Source of the DNA: Acanthaster planci
Lineage: Eukaryota
Length of the DNA stretch: 64,000 nt
Direction of reading: 5' to 3'
Assembly (NCBI RefSeq): GCF_001949145.1
Contig: NW_019091355.1
Coordinates: 4,909,518-4,973,517 of the forward strand
The notes beneath the pieces were generated by a model. The model was not told where the DNA came from. It saw only the letters and a list, made by a program, of their open reading frames with translations, and did not search any database. Of this stretch, positions 25,301-38,200 are shown piece by piece. Both the position numbers and the translations under genes were made by a program. Each line of letters starts with the position of its first letter. Position 1 is the stretch's first letter.

Positions 25301-27946
25301 CCAGTAACACTCCCAACCACTATGGCTCGTTTCCACTGATAAGGGAGTGCTTCTCCTCAAGGTGGATTACAGCCAAACTCATTAATAAGAGCACTAATAA
25401 TACAAGATTCTGTCAATAAAAAGAAAATTTCTAGGTCCCAATTTTCTGTTGTCATTGTTTTCACTCCTGATAATACAAAGTTCCTGTTATGACAAGGTAA
25501 TGTGCTAAGTTCGAAGGATCTCTTATTAACCCTAACTGCCAAGCATATTATTTGGCTTACAGTACTCAGTACTACAAAATACTAAGTAATAGCCTCAGCC
25601 TGAAGGACCCAGCACTACATATTACTACTTCTGGCTAGGTTACTTCCATTGTTACTCATACAGAGAACAATAAAGCCATGCATTCATAGTGCCAGAGCAC
25701 TGTACCGTACATTGTGTTTTCTATTGTATTTTATGGCTTCAGAGAACAATACAGTCATGTCCTCTTACAAGTGCCAGCACTGATTACTACATTTTACTAC
25801 AAGTAGTAATTTGTAGCATTATGTAGGGATTTCTCGGAATCCACGATTATTATGGTTATTTAACTTAGGCCTACTGCATGCATGCAGTCTTTTATTAGGC
25901 CCCAAAAATATTGTGCTTCCAATGACATGCCTCTTAAAAATAGGGTCGGTAGGTTGGAAATTTTTTGGGGGGGGGTCAATTTTTTTTGTCCTGATTGAAT
26001 GGCACGAACGGGGACGACAGCTTCCAAAATTATCTCAAAAAGTGATGAACACCTGTCTTAATCTATGTAAAATTTCTACAGGTGACAATTCACAAGAATT
26101 ATGGGCAATTCACACAGTGTGACTCGAGCAATCATGACGGCAAACTGGCCTACAATATATCGCGTGGTAAGCGTGCGTGAAGCATCCAGACCAGTGGGCA
26201 AAAAACCTTGTACCACGGCAGGAGATTTGTTGAAAGACGCTGGCTTCAAGTACGAGCAAAACATACTCAAATTAACCTCATGAACACAGAAAACACACAC
26301 ATAAATAAGAGACCAAGTTCGATGAAGGAACTTACAGAAAATTCTTGCAACATCAATTTTTTTGACCTGTGGCTTTAGGGTTGCATGCATATATGGCCGA
26401 TGTATAGTAGTTGACCAGAACGTACAGTACATGTATAGACTGGTTCTGGTTGTTACATTTCTTTGCATGGGCGCAGCGTGGCGGGAACCAGAGCAGCTTC
26501 ATTTAATGCATTGAGCTGTGGGCACACGTTTTTCTCCACTGCGACAGCGTAACATTGGAAGTTTCTTTCAAAAAATTGCAAATGTAAGAACAAAAACATA
26601 CAAAAACAAGCATTTTAACGTGTGAAAAAGCTATTGAAATATATTTTGACTGAAAAAGACATCAGCTTTTCTGGACTTGCCAAAACAGGCACACCTGGTT
26701 AGAATTTGAATTGCCCGGATGAAAATTTGATTGCCCCGGGCTATCGAACATGCGATTCATCGCGGCCTGAGTGGTTATGCTCTCTCTTCCTCAAATCTTC
26801 CAAACTTCTCCCATACCATCTGGAGTAACCTGAAAGATCCGAGTCCCACACATAATCAACATGGCCTCACTAAATGCATACGTGTACATACCCGTGCTAA
26901 TCTGTACTTGGGCTCGTACTTCTTGGCAAAGTCCAGCGTGTCGTACACCAGGCCGAACCCTGTCGTCTTGCCCCCACCAAACTGGGTGCGGAAGCCGAAA
27001 CAGAAGATGACGTCCGGCGTGGTCTTGTAGACTTTGGCCAGCTGTTCCCGGATCTCGGTCTTGGGCACCGTCGCCTTGCCTGGATGGAGGACGTCCACAA
27101 CCATCTGCTTGCGGTTCAGCAAGCGGTTTGTCATGAACTTCCGGGTTCGGACTGTTATTGCCGAGTCACCCTTAAAAGTGTGAAAAAGACAAACCAAAGA
27201 AAGACAAAGAATCAAAACAGGAGAGTTAACCTTTGCACCGTCTGACCTTGAATATGGGAGTTCCTAGCAACTTTATTTGCACAGATATTTAGCTAAATTT
27301 TTCAATAACCTGGGATAGACCAATGGTGTCTCGCATGCCGCATTAAACAGTTTGTTTTAATTACATATGAATATAGGCTGGCTGTCTCTATAAAACAAAA
27401 CATCAGGTACACCATCTGTGAAAAAGAACAACCAACGCTCTGACATACAAGTTCACCAGTTCCTTTTGGACAAATTTCACTGATTGGAGAGTAACTTATC
27501 TGCATGAGTAAAAACAGCGTTTAATTGGTTCAAAATTATGGAGGAGTAGGTCTGTTAGACTGAACGGCACTGCACATAACTCGCCATGTTTGTGCCTGTC
27601 AACAAGACAGTCTCTTCACATTGACAAATTATGGTAAGAAAGTCACACTTTTCTCCCAGTGTAACCAAACCAAAAGACACTGCCCGAGTAATACTCTGTC
27701 AGCGCTGATCTTCCAAAACCAGGGAGTACCCAATTCACAACCCTCATCGCAAACTGCATTCAAACCCTCCCTGCCCGAGCATTATAGAAAACCATAGATT
27801 TTTGTTTCTTTTGATTAAAATCGGCGACGAAAATTGACAGTACGAAACCCTAAATCATCTTCTTCAGGTACATTTGCTTTTTGATCCTAAAAGGTGTTTG
27901 ATTAAGTTGATGTTCCGGGATAATTTTGTCCCCTTTTCCTCACCAT
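22304..27946 (-). CDS. RPS24: 40S ribosomal protein S24 (eS24), 131 aa
   Basis: Exons (-): ATG only 27946-27944; 27170-26892 ([31 protein letters not shown]...[29 protein letters not shown]); 23944-23834 ([28 protein letters not shown]). The terminal exon starts at 22306 with TAA after a pyrimidine tract and CAG. AATAAA at 22158-22153. Confidence 0.96.
25370..25530. mobile_element. Truncated Tc1/pogo-type MITE in RPS24 intron 2 (same family as 32358-32532)
   Basis: Shares TTAAT.AGAGCACT..TACAAGATTCTGT..CCTGATAATACAA..ACAAGGTAAT..AAGTTCG.AGGA.CTCTTATTAAC with the copy at 32358. Confidence 0.75.
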
Positions 27947-27969
27947 GTTGGTAACGGTAATGGCTGCCT

Positions 27970-27977
27970 GGAAAGAG
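27970..27977 (-). promoter_or_regulatory. TCT/5'-TOP initiator of RPS24
   Basis: Minus strand CTCTTTCC lies about 30 nt upstream of the ATG. This is the canonical polypyrimidine start of ribosomal protein genes. Confidence 0.8.
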
Positions 27978-29642
27978 ACTCTTCAGTGGTAATCGTTATA
28001 TTTTTTTCAGTGTGTGCTATACAGCGAATATGCTGCGTCAATTGCTACGCGGGTACCAGTTAATGAGCCCTCTAATACGGTGGCGCAGATCAGCCATTGC
28101 AGTAATAAAGGGTGGGATAATTGAGAGCACCTATTCTATTTTTCCAAAGTGGTTTGATGGACAGTATGGCATCATTTTGGACTTAATAATGAAATCTCAG
28201 TGGCCTAATGATTATTTCCAGTATCCTTTTTTATAATGGGTGCGTTCGATTAGCTTCCCTGAACACACCAGTGTTACACTCAAGGGAAGTCTCAAAATGA
28301 GGCACAGTGTGTTTTCAAAGGCATTCTGGGAAAAAGGTCAAGTCCCCGCCTCGTTCCATCATGTACGTCCATGCTCGAACAGTCCACCCGTGACGTCATT
28401 ACACTCGGGCAGTCTCCAGAGACCCGCTCGCCAGCTGGGGTAGTGGTGGCTGACACCAGGGCACGCACGAAGATCACGTGATGGCTAAACGAACGCTCTC
28501 GTGTAAGTTTGACTTACACGTGTAAGCTAAGCGAACGCACCCATTGTAACGAGGGGCAGTGCAGTGGATCTGGAGACGCGGGGTCATTTAAAAATAGCCT
28601 TTTGAAATTTCGCTGTAGCACCAGGCCTACATAAACAGGCATAACAAAAGATGGAGAAGAATTTCCATTCATAATTGTTCGTGTGCTATTGAGTTGGTGC
28701 ATGGAACAAGGTCAGTTGCTGCTTGCTTAAACTATGTGCATGTCAGGTTCACGCGTTACAAAACCCAGCTAAGTTCTCTTAACTCTCCACGGAGGCCTAG
28801 GTAAGTTGCACCTCTGATCTTTCACTTAATAGGGCTAGTCCTACACTTGAGAAGACGGGTAACGTTAAGATTCTCTGAGCTAATTAGTTCCCAAAACTTG
28901 CTTGCTAGAGTACTGCTAACTGTCGTCAGTTCTGAGTAATTTTTCTAAACCGTGAATTTGCCATTTGGGAGCCTGGGACAATGCAGGACTACAGCGCACG
29001 TGCGTTACGGGTCTGTGAGCGATGCCCTCATTCGTTTAAAATGTTAAAAGATTTGAGTTTAAAGCCCGCCAAAATACATGAATTAAATATAATATGAAAT
29101 ACAGAATGACAAGGATTTTCATTTCATTTATAAATTTCTGTGGGTAAAAGTTACAAACAAACACACGTAGAAAAGTTGATAGTTAAGCAACACCACTGCA
29201 TGATTGCAAAAAAAGTTGCTCTCGTAGGTGCCACTTAAACCACGCAAAAACAAATGCATGTATATTGCACAAGAAAAACAGGCATATAAAGAAATATATG
29301 ACGCGACAAAAGAAATGGTAAACAAGATTGTAACTTAATCAGTAGGCAACAAGTTAAAAAGTATTAACGTAGAGAAAGGAGCAACCCACAAAGAAATCTG
29401 TGGAAAGCAATTTCAATCCAAGGCGTGGGTTGTCAATGAGTTGGGCGTGTATAAAATGGCTTTTCTTTATAGGTATTAGTATTCTTTAAACAGTTCGGTT
29501 TTTCTCGTTTTTTTCTTCTGTTATTGTTTTCTCTTTGTCTTGCATATTGTTCTCAAGCTTGGAACAATTTCAGTTACACAGACTGTTTAGAAATAGTAGT
29601 AGGTACGTGCTGACTATGGGCTTCGAGCTATTTTTTATAGCA

Positions 29643-29776
29643 ACAGAGGCTCCTTGGTCGGGACTGAACTTCGCTGGTTCACGAACGACTAGGAACTGCA
29701 CTCGTCAGGGTCGCATCGCTATCAACAAAATGGACACTCTCGACCAACGCGGCTCTTTTCAACCGATGAGGGGATA
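29643..29776 (+). repeat. Dispersed ~135-bp repeat, second copy at ~25228-25347
   Basis: ACAGAGGCTCC..TGGTCGG.ACTG.ACTT.GCT.GTTCAC.AACGA...GGTC..ATCGC...CACTC...ACCA....GGCTC.TTTC is shared by both copies. Confidence 0.65.
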
Positions 29777-30251
29777 GGCCGACTAGGAAGGGCGTCCAAG
29801 GCTTGACTTCATACTTTGAGGCGGTGGCCACCTGCCATACATTATAATGAGCCAGACAACTTCGAACTTACGTGCGCTGTAAACGAAATAAGTTAAAATG
29901 AAATTTAAGAGAAACTACATGTACATTTGTTTTTTGATTAGCGTTTTGCAAAACGAGAAACGATCTCTTTTTCCTTCTCCACTTTTTGCGTTTTCAAATG
30001 GATAACCGACATGACTCATTTACGATGTTCTACTCTCTTTTCAAATTGAAAAACGGAAAATAAGTTGTTTTTTCCGTTTATGTTTTCATTTTCAAATCGT
30101 AAAACGAATAAACGAAACGTACACGGGACGTCCTGGTTCAATTTGGTTCTCACAGTCAAGTCTTTCCTGAAACCGTGTCCATTTCATCAGTCAAAGTCAC
30201 CGAGTTAAAGCGATTTTTCCTTGCAGAAACTTAATCGGAACCGACCTGAGC

Positions 30252-32198
30252 ATGCCTTCGTACAAGCTTCTGTACTTTGATACCCGTGGTCGGGCTGAGG
30301 CCACACGGATGCTGTTTGCTTTGGCAAAACAGGAATTTGAAGACGTAAGAATTACGAAGGAGGAATGGCCTAAAATTAAACCGAGTAAGTTGAACCAAAT
30401 ACAATCCGAGAGGACGCCGCAAGTTTTGAAGAAACTGGTTTCTCTGTTTGTAGTAAGACAATAAAGTTCGTGCACGTGGTTACACTTGATCTGGTTATAC
30501 TGACAAGATTTCATGGTGGGTCTTACTCTGATAAAGACAGCTCATGAGAATGACATAAACGTGATCTTGCTTGTGTGTAGTTGCCGAACTACTGCATCCC
30601 GTCAGAATGAAGATCAAAACCCAGTCTTTTAATGGAAACTCGTAAACCTGTGAAAAGAAGTATCTTCTGTCGTTGGAGAACTTCCAGTTTCGATCTAAAG
30701 TTATTCTCTTCCATTCCAGCCACTCCTCAGGGCCACATTCCGGTGTTGGTGGTTGATGGTAAAGAACTTCCTCAGAGCGCTGCTATCGAATCATTTGTCG
30801 CCAGGGAGTTTGGTATGTCTCAGAGTTTATTAGAGTTGTTTTAGCTGCAAGTCGTCGGTCGTAGTCCTCTGCATGATTGAAAGGTGGATTCAGAACTAAA
30901 TTTTCGACGCCAAATTTATTTTGGAGGAGAAGGCACAAAGAGGGTAATGCAACCTTTTAATGGGAGGAGCTAAAATTTGGTGCTTTTCACGCGTTATTTT
31001 TCAGGAAGGGGTATAACACAGCCCACAACATCGCATATTCTCATTATTTTTCAAACTAAAATTTGCTGGGATGGCAGGCATGCCCCCCGCGGATCAGCCA
31101 ATGGTGTTATTTAAAGTATGTGTCTCTAGGTCCAGAGAAGGTCTATCCATCGTCACGAATTTCTCTTAGACAGTTTGGTTGATTCCTAGGCATGAAAGTA
31201 GACTTATTTTTTCCTAACTTTCCCTTATTTGGTATTCATAGGGTTGTATGGCTCCAACAACTGGGAGGCAGCCCAAATTGACGTTGTTCTGGAAACACTC
31301 AAAGACGTGATTGATCCTATGATCATGCCAGTTATGTTCGAGCGAGACCAGGCCAAGCAGGTAAGGTGGTAGCCTTTTATAAATTAAACAAAGCATGCTA
31401 CATACTGTGCGATAAACAAGTAAGAAAAACAACATTATAGTGCTTCTTCAAAACTTCCACTTTTACAGATTTTTGGCCCAAAACTATACCACATCCACCG
31501 TATCAAATAAGCCTTTAGCCTGAGTGGATATAATTTGACGAGTTCGTTTCATTCATGTTTCTATCTTCAGGCTGAAAACGCCAAGAATTACTATGAGAAT
31601 GTCGCGCCCCATCATTTAACGAACCTTGAGAACCTCCTTAAAAAGAACAAGGATGGGAATGGATACTTCATGGGTGATAAGGTAACATTCAAAATGCCAT
31701 CAGATTCACCGAGTTTATGTCCAGATAGAGTGGACCCTTACCCTTCTCTTTCTTTTTCATCGTATTGCCCCTCAAAGAACCGTTTGTCTTTAAAATAGAA
31801 AAACGAAAGACCCTAGGATAAGACAAAAAAGACCGTGGTTATCAACACAGATAGGCAATATTCGGCTTTATAAATAGTCCTAACAATTGATGCAATTTCA
31901 GTAAGCATTTAGAACTCTTCCAAATTCTTCCCTTTGAATCAAAGGTTACTTTCATTTCCATTTATCGTTTTCTTTCCTTTTTTCCCCATTTTTTATTGGG
32001 GGGCGGATGCGTTTTGATCAGGCGTCTCTGGCTGATATCATCTTCTTCGTCACCATGGGGTGGTTCGAGACGCCACCCTTCGCCAACAAAGGCCTGGAAC
32101 ACTACCCTAAGCTAGTCGCGCTGAGAGATCGCCTGGCGACCAATGACCTCGCGAAGTATCTCGCAGAGCGCCCTCAAGTCTACTGGATCTACGATTGA
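30252..32198 (+). CDS. Sigma-class glutathione S-transferase, copy 4, divergent (210 aa)
   Basis: Exons 30252-30384, 30720-30812, 31242-31360, 31571-31681, 32022-32198 (633 nt, open frame). Motifs [73 protein letters not shown]. An acceptor at 30226 implies an upstream non-coding exon; a candidate donor is TAG|GTAAGT at 28800/28801. Confidence 0.95.
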
Positions 32199-32357
32199 AC
32201 GATCAGAAGAGAGGCACAGGAAGATTTCCTCAGTTCTCCAAGAAGATCTCATCATGATAATCCTACCTTAGCCTAAATATATATACATGTATCTATTGTC
32301 TGTTATCATCGCCACTTCTCAAATTCAATGCTGCGTGCCACATAATCTTACGTGTTA

Positions 32358-32532
32358 CAGTTGAACCTCGTTAATGAGAGCACTGTTTATACAAGATTCT
32401 GTTTATAGCAAGGAAGATGTTAGATCCCAATCCTTTGTTTTTCATTGTCTTAATTCCTGATAATACAAGGTTTCTGTTATAACAAGGTAATTTGCCAAGT
32501 TCGTAGGACCTCTTATTAACAAGGTTCGACTG
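32358..32532. mobile_element. Tc1/pogo-type MITE with TA target-site duplication, 3' of GST copy 4
   Basis: TA|CAGTTGAACCTCGTTAATGAGAG ... CTCTTATTAACAAGGTTCGACTG|TA. Confidence 0.85.
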
Positions 32533-35277
32533 TATATTGCACATTGGAGAAAAGTGCCTTTTCAAGGACAGCTTGACCTCAAATAGTTAGTATTTGTACA
32601 ACGCAGGAATATGCATTTGAAACTGCAGTTGTAAGGATAAGATGTGGTGGAGCAAAATCCGCCTGTAAGGTTTGAGACCATTAAACTGGCTTCCACGGTT
32701 CAATTTATTTTGATGCAAACCATCAAAATGCACCTTGGTGCCTCGGTTAACCTTATTTTCAACTTTTATTTCACTGTTTCAAAGGGTATGTTGCTGCTTT
32801 TTTACTTTCTATGCGAATGAGTATTTTCAAATTCATGAGCAAAACTGTGATGTCATCCCAGGAAGAAAGCCTAAATGTTGTAATGGTTTGTACGCAAAAA
32901 GTCCTGATGCGCATTTGTAGATTTTGCTGGACTAACTTTTCTCTTCGTTGCTGATTTATTGTTTTTATGTGCATAGCAATAAGTGAGCACCAGTGTTTCT
33001 TCAAGGAAATGTTTTCAGAAAGTAAAATCCGGGTTCACAATTTTAATAGAAAAACCCATGCAATGAACTTTGTTTTCCCTGGATGACATCACAGCAACAG
33101 CGCCCTCCGTCGTCCAGGAAAGCACGAATAATTTTAAGTGTTTCAAAAAGTGCACTTTTCAGTGCATTTAACCAAATGTGAGTGTAAACGAGTGTTCATA
33201 CATTGGAGAAGAGTACAAAGTTGCAGAAATTCACTGCGGCTGCCCTTTAATGCAAAAAACATTCTGCAAGTTAACATAGCAGTTGTACTGAAATAATTCC
33301 CCGAAACGGTCTGCATTGTAAATGCATGTATTTTATGTGCAGATATCATTATTCTTTTTGAGGGGAAACAGGCGAATTTTTGTTATTCCATGAGAAATTT
33401 ATTTGTAATTTACTAATTTTAATTTTCAATTGAAGCGGGCATGATTTCCAGCATAGAATGTCACCGTAATGAAACTACACGTTTCGAGTTCGACGTTGTT
33501 TGACTCGTCCTTTTGGTTAAGTTGCTTTTCAGGAGATGAGGATACAAACGAAATTTAATTACAATCATGAAAAAGTGTCTGTGTTGATTACGGCTGTGTT
33601 GTTTGTGCGGGTTTCATCTTATTCCGAATGATTTTTACAGCTTTCGCGGAAGAGGTCAAGCGGCCAGTCAGGCTACATTAGTGCATGCAGAATTAACCAG
33701 TACATTAAAGACGGTGGGTTATCATACCAGCAACAAACATGGCGCGTTGATCATTCCATTGCGTCTGTATAACGTTGCAGGCAATATGTCACACCTCATT
33801 AAGAACATGCATGGGGCAGGGAAGAATATACTCGCTGATGGTCCTATCATTATACTTATTCCACTCGTAGCCTCGCGTTCGGTAAAATAATTCGTAACAT
33901 AATTGAAAACATCGAGAGGGAAGAAACAGACGATGAATTCGAATGCATTACCTTCCTAAACCAACTATCTCATGTGGCAGTTGAATTTAAACAGGCACTG
34001 TAGGTTCCGATAACGAGGTACTTTACACCTTAATTGCTGGATTTGTTTTTTTTGCATCGTGTGTCCGGTTCGGGCGCAGTCGACGTTCTGAAGAATTGAT
34101 CACATCGTAAGAAGCGAGAGAAATAACTGGCGATTAACCCACGCACCTTATCTTAACTTGTTAAAACAAAGTATCAAATATAAGGGGCATTTCTTTTTCC
34201 GAGCGAGATTGTACTTTGCAGCTTGTCCAGAACTATTCTGGGTTGAAATATTGACACTGACTTGTTCACTTTGAACTCTCTTATCAATTTGAATCACCAT
34301 GTGGACTTTGCCCAGAGAAGATTCTGAAGCACAATCACTTTGCATAAATTATGAATAAACATATTATGGGTATGCAGTCGTACAGAGCCGATCACTAGTG
34401 GCTCGTCGTGGTACGGCACACAACCGAGACCAGTCAACCGGCGGGCGTATACACGCACTATGTTTATTTACATGGCTGCCGTGTTGACGGTCCTGGTCCG
34501 TATTTGGTCATTTGTATGATTCCGATTCGCAAGCGAACACTGCTGTGCCCAGAGGAGGTTATTTTTCATCCAGCGGTATGAAGGGCACGTCATTTTTTTT
34601 CCTGAAGTCGTCACATTGGACACAAAGAAACCCCGAAGATGTTCTCGTGGTGCGCGTACATGGCTATAGTTTCGAATAAACTTACAGTTGTTCTGTTCAG
34701 CTATCGAAAGCAGACTGACAACCTAGATTTGAGTATTCCGTGATCCTGATTCTGACGGTGAGCAACAAAAAGTGTTCGGATATCTTGATATCTGCAACTC
34801 CCCTGGGCCCAGCGAAGATGAGCAATGCGTTGGTCTATTCTGGTGTAGCTTTTCATGAGACTAGTGGAGAGGAGTTGCAGTCGCTCTGAGCCGTCAAAAA
34901 CCTTTGTTGCAGAGGAACTAATGTGATTCAGAACGCTTGAAATTATAGAAGCTTTGCAGTACATGCTACATCGTTGGTGAGCGGTCATTGACAAAAGTTA
35001 AATTCGTTAAACCACTGGAAATTCAGACTCAGCAAGATTTCGTCAGAAGCTCATCAAAGTAAATGCATCCAAGAAATTGGTTCATTTCAGCCTCGCTTTC
35101 TGATTCAGATATTAGACCGGAGTCCGTTTCGATAGATTTTCCTTAGTCTGGCGGACGATTTTTCATTCCCTTCCGATAAATATGCCAGAAAATGGGCCCC
35201 TCGACAAACCGTCCTAGTTTGGAGGACTTGGACCACCCAACTATACAGGAAAGGGTGCCGACAAATTTATTTTAGCC

Positions 35278-38200
35278 ATGGGACGAATTCGAACCTTCGA
35301 CATCGTCTTGGACAACAACAGTGTGGCCGAGGTGAGGGGCGTGCCAATATACAGGCCTGGTGGTCACCTGACTGGGGTCGTCCATCTCACCCTAAATACA
35401 CCTCGAGAGGACGTGACAGGTCAGAATAGAAGAATCTTTCATAATTCGTCATTTTTGTGCTTGATATTAAATAAATTTATTCAAATAAATATAATTACAT
35501 GGGTTTGTAGGAACAAGTCATGTCCGAGGGTAACAGTCTTTTCTTCAAAAGCTTTTTAACTCATGGTTTTCATCGACAAACGCTACTGTACGAAAATATT
35601 TTTGTATGTTATATGCACCTGTAATAAATAGAAATATAAAGTTACGAATGAAAAAGAAAATAATGTTTTCGCGTATCATGCTTGCACTATAAGATGTAAG
35701 TTACATAGGCCTAATTACAGTCCTGTTATTAATTTTTTAAAAGTAAAATTGTCAGTTAGAAATCGTCATTCCAAAAAAAGATAAAACCAAAGAGGTATTC
35801 AGGCTTATGTATTAATTCTGTGTTTTGATACCTCTGCTTTGTCACGTGCTTCTTTAAGTAACCCTCTTCATTTGAGTTGGTTAAAAATACTGACAGCTCT
35901 TGAAATTGCATACGGCAGTAAAAACAAAGGCGTATACCAGCTCGTTTTGATTTTACCGTACTTCATAACCTGTCAGTACAAAATAAATGTACATGTAGGC
36001 CTATGTTGTAAAACATGATTTTTAGAGTCTGTTCCCGAGTACTTTCTTCACAACGAAAGCGATATTTTGAAGGCCACATTTCACATTTCTTTCGTCAGAG
36101 ATTTCCATCAAACTTCAGGGACGAGCCAAGACGAACTGGACCGAGGTCGTGAGAACCCCAAATGCCGCCCTCACCGACCACCAGCAGGTTACGTTTACTG
36201 GGATAGAAGTGTACATCGACGAAAAGATGTCACTGTGGCAACGAGGTAAGGAACGACGATCTCTATTTTTTGTCTTAGCTCGTGAAAGAAGTCCCGAATT
36301 GTAAGAGGACATCCAAGCAAAAGTTTACTGCATCATAATTGATGCAGTAAACTTATCTTTAAAAGAAAGATTAACTGAAATATTTTTTTTTGCCATATCG
36401 TGAAGCAATACACGTAGTATTGCGAATTTTAGAATGATCTTGAGAAACTTGAGCACCGAGGCAACAGTAGTATTAACAATTATGTTGCGTCGCAGTAATC
36501 ATCGTCGACAACCACATGGGAACAGGGAGATCTGTTGAAAAGGGATAATATAACGACTAGTAAGACAGTCGCCACTGGCAGGCCCATTTACACACGCGCA
36601 CGCACGAAAGTTTGCGCAGTCTAAAATATAAAGCTCGTGGTTTTGTATTGGATTCAGAGTGGACAAACAGCGCGGTAACACGATTAAACCGCTGTGTTTG
36701 GAAACCAGAGTGAGTTGTTCTGGCCAATCTGCGTTCTCGTTAGGTATGGAGTCATTATTCAGCAACTGCGTCATAGGCGTTGTGAAATGTCATTAACATA
36801 AGCACCAAGATGGGTTTTCGCTCCTGTGTAAACGTAAAATATCGCTCGAATTACTGCTCTCACCGCTTTCCGTATAGTCCTCCGCATCAGTATAGACCTC
36901 TATGATAGGGCAGCCATCACGCATTTCTACCATTCAAAGCAAACCAAACTGAGGCTGGAGGGAAAAGAGTCTGTTCCCTTTCACTAATATGTGAAGTTGT
37001 ATTACTACTGCCAGTGGGTTTACAGGGAGCACGACAAACATGGCAGCATCATGACAGAGATCTATTAGAGAGCTCAACAATAGGCCTAACCTCACACTTG
37101 ACTTAATTTTTCAAACAACGTTCCCCTCGCAGCTCATTCAAATCAGCGGTTGAACCGAGGACCCTTCCAGCTGCCTTTTCAGTTCCATATCCCCGCGGAG
37201 GACCTGCCCCCAGCCTACGAGGGGCCCGGGGGCCACGTCAGGTACCGTCTCATGTGTGAGATCAGCGGCGAATCCTCCTTGTCCTACACCAAGACCACCA
37301 AGACGATAGGGATCGCCGGCCGACCGCTGGACTTGAACTCTGTTCCCAATGCGATGGTAAGGTTTTGCCTTAGTGGTCGTCCTAGCCTGGTTGCCTGCAT
37401 AACTGGTTGGCGAGCTCCGAGTGGCACTGTCCAACTACGGTACTAATCATCACTCCGGGCCCAATGAGCTGCTGTAAGCTGGAATAAAAATGCTAACAAG
37501 GATAGCTTGAATATCTGAGAACCAGTTATTACTGTCCTCGCTATTTCCACTGGTTTAAAGCAATTTTGCCAAGCAAATATTCTGAGTGCTAAGGAACTTA
37601 CTGTTCCCGATAGCTTCACGGAATGGCCCCTTACTACTGCTCTCTTAATTAAAGCATATTCTGTAACCAGGGGTCCGTCTTACGGAGTTTAAATCATTCA
37701 TTTAAAGATTTCACACCACTTTATCGAAGTGATTCCGTTTCCATGCTCCCCAGCTACCGATCCACGGCGAGTCGGAGTCTCTCATGAGCTCACTCTGCTG
37801 CATCACCGGGTCGATCAAGGTCCAGGCCTCGGCAGACCGACGGGCCTACGTCCCGGGAGAGACAGCCTACATTACGGCCATCATCAACGGATCGAATGGG
37901 AGAAGATACAACGTCGTTATGGATTTAATCGAGGTATGTCCATTTTGTCTCAACACCTTCCAGAATCTTCCCTTCATTCGTTCTCATTCTGAGTCAAAGG
38001 CTTCTCTTTGAGGTTCGTTTATATTATTCTTTTGTTTTGTCCTCGCAAACATCTTTACCAAGTACTCTATGGTGTATTGTTAAACTTAACTTGGACGAAA
38101 GCCAATGAATCAGCTGAAAATACAGTGTCACATCCAATCACTCATTGACACCAAAGTCAGAGATTAAATTGACATACAAACAATGATAATAAGATTATGG

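Noticed and set aside
25660..25800. Two ~80-bp related units (CAGAGAACAATA..CATG..AGTGCCAG..CACTG)
   Set aside because: Degenerate local tandem duplication in an intron with no sign of function.
23945..26891. Intronic snoRNAs in RPS24
   Set aside because: Only isolated C-box-like words; no paired C/D boxes with a terminal stem and no H/ACA structure that I could support by eye.
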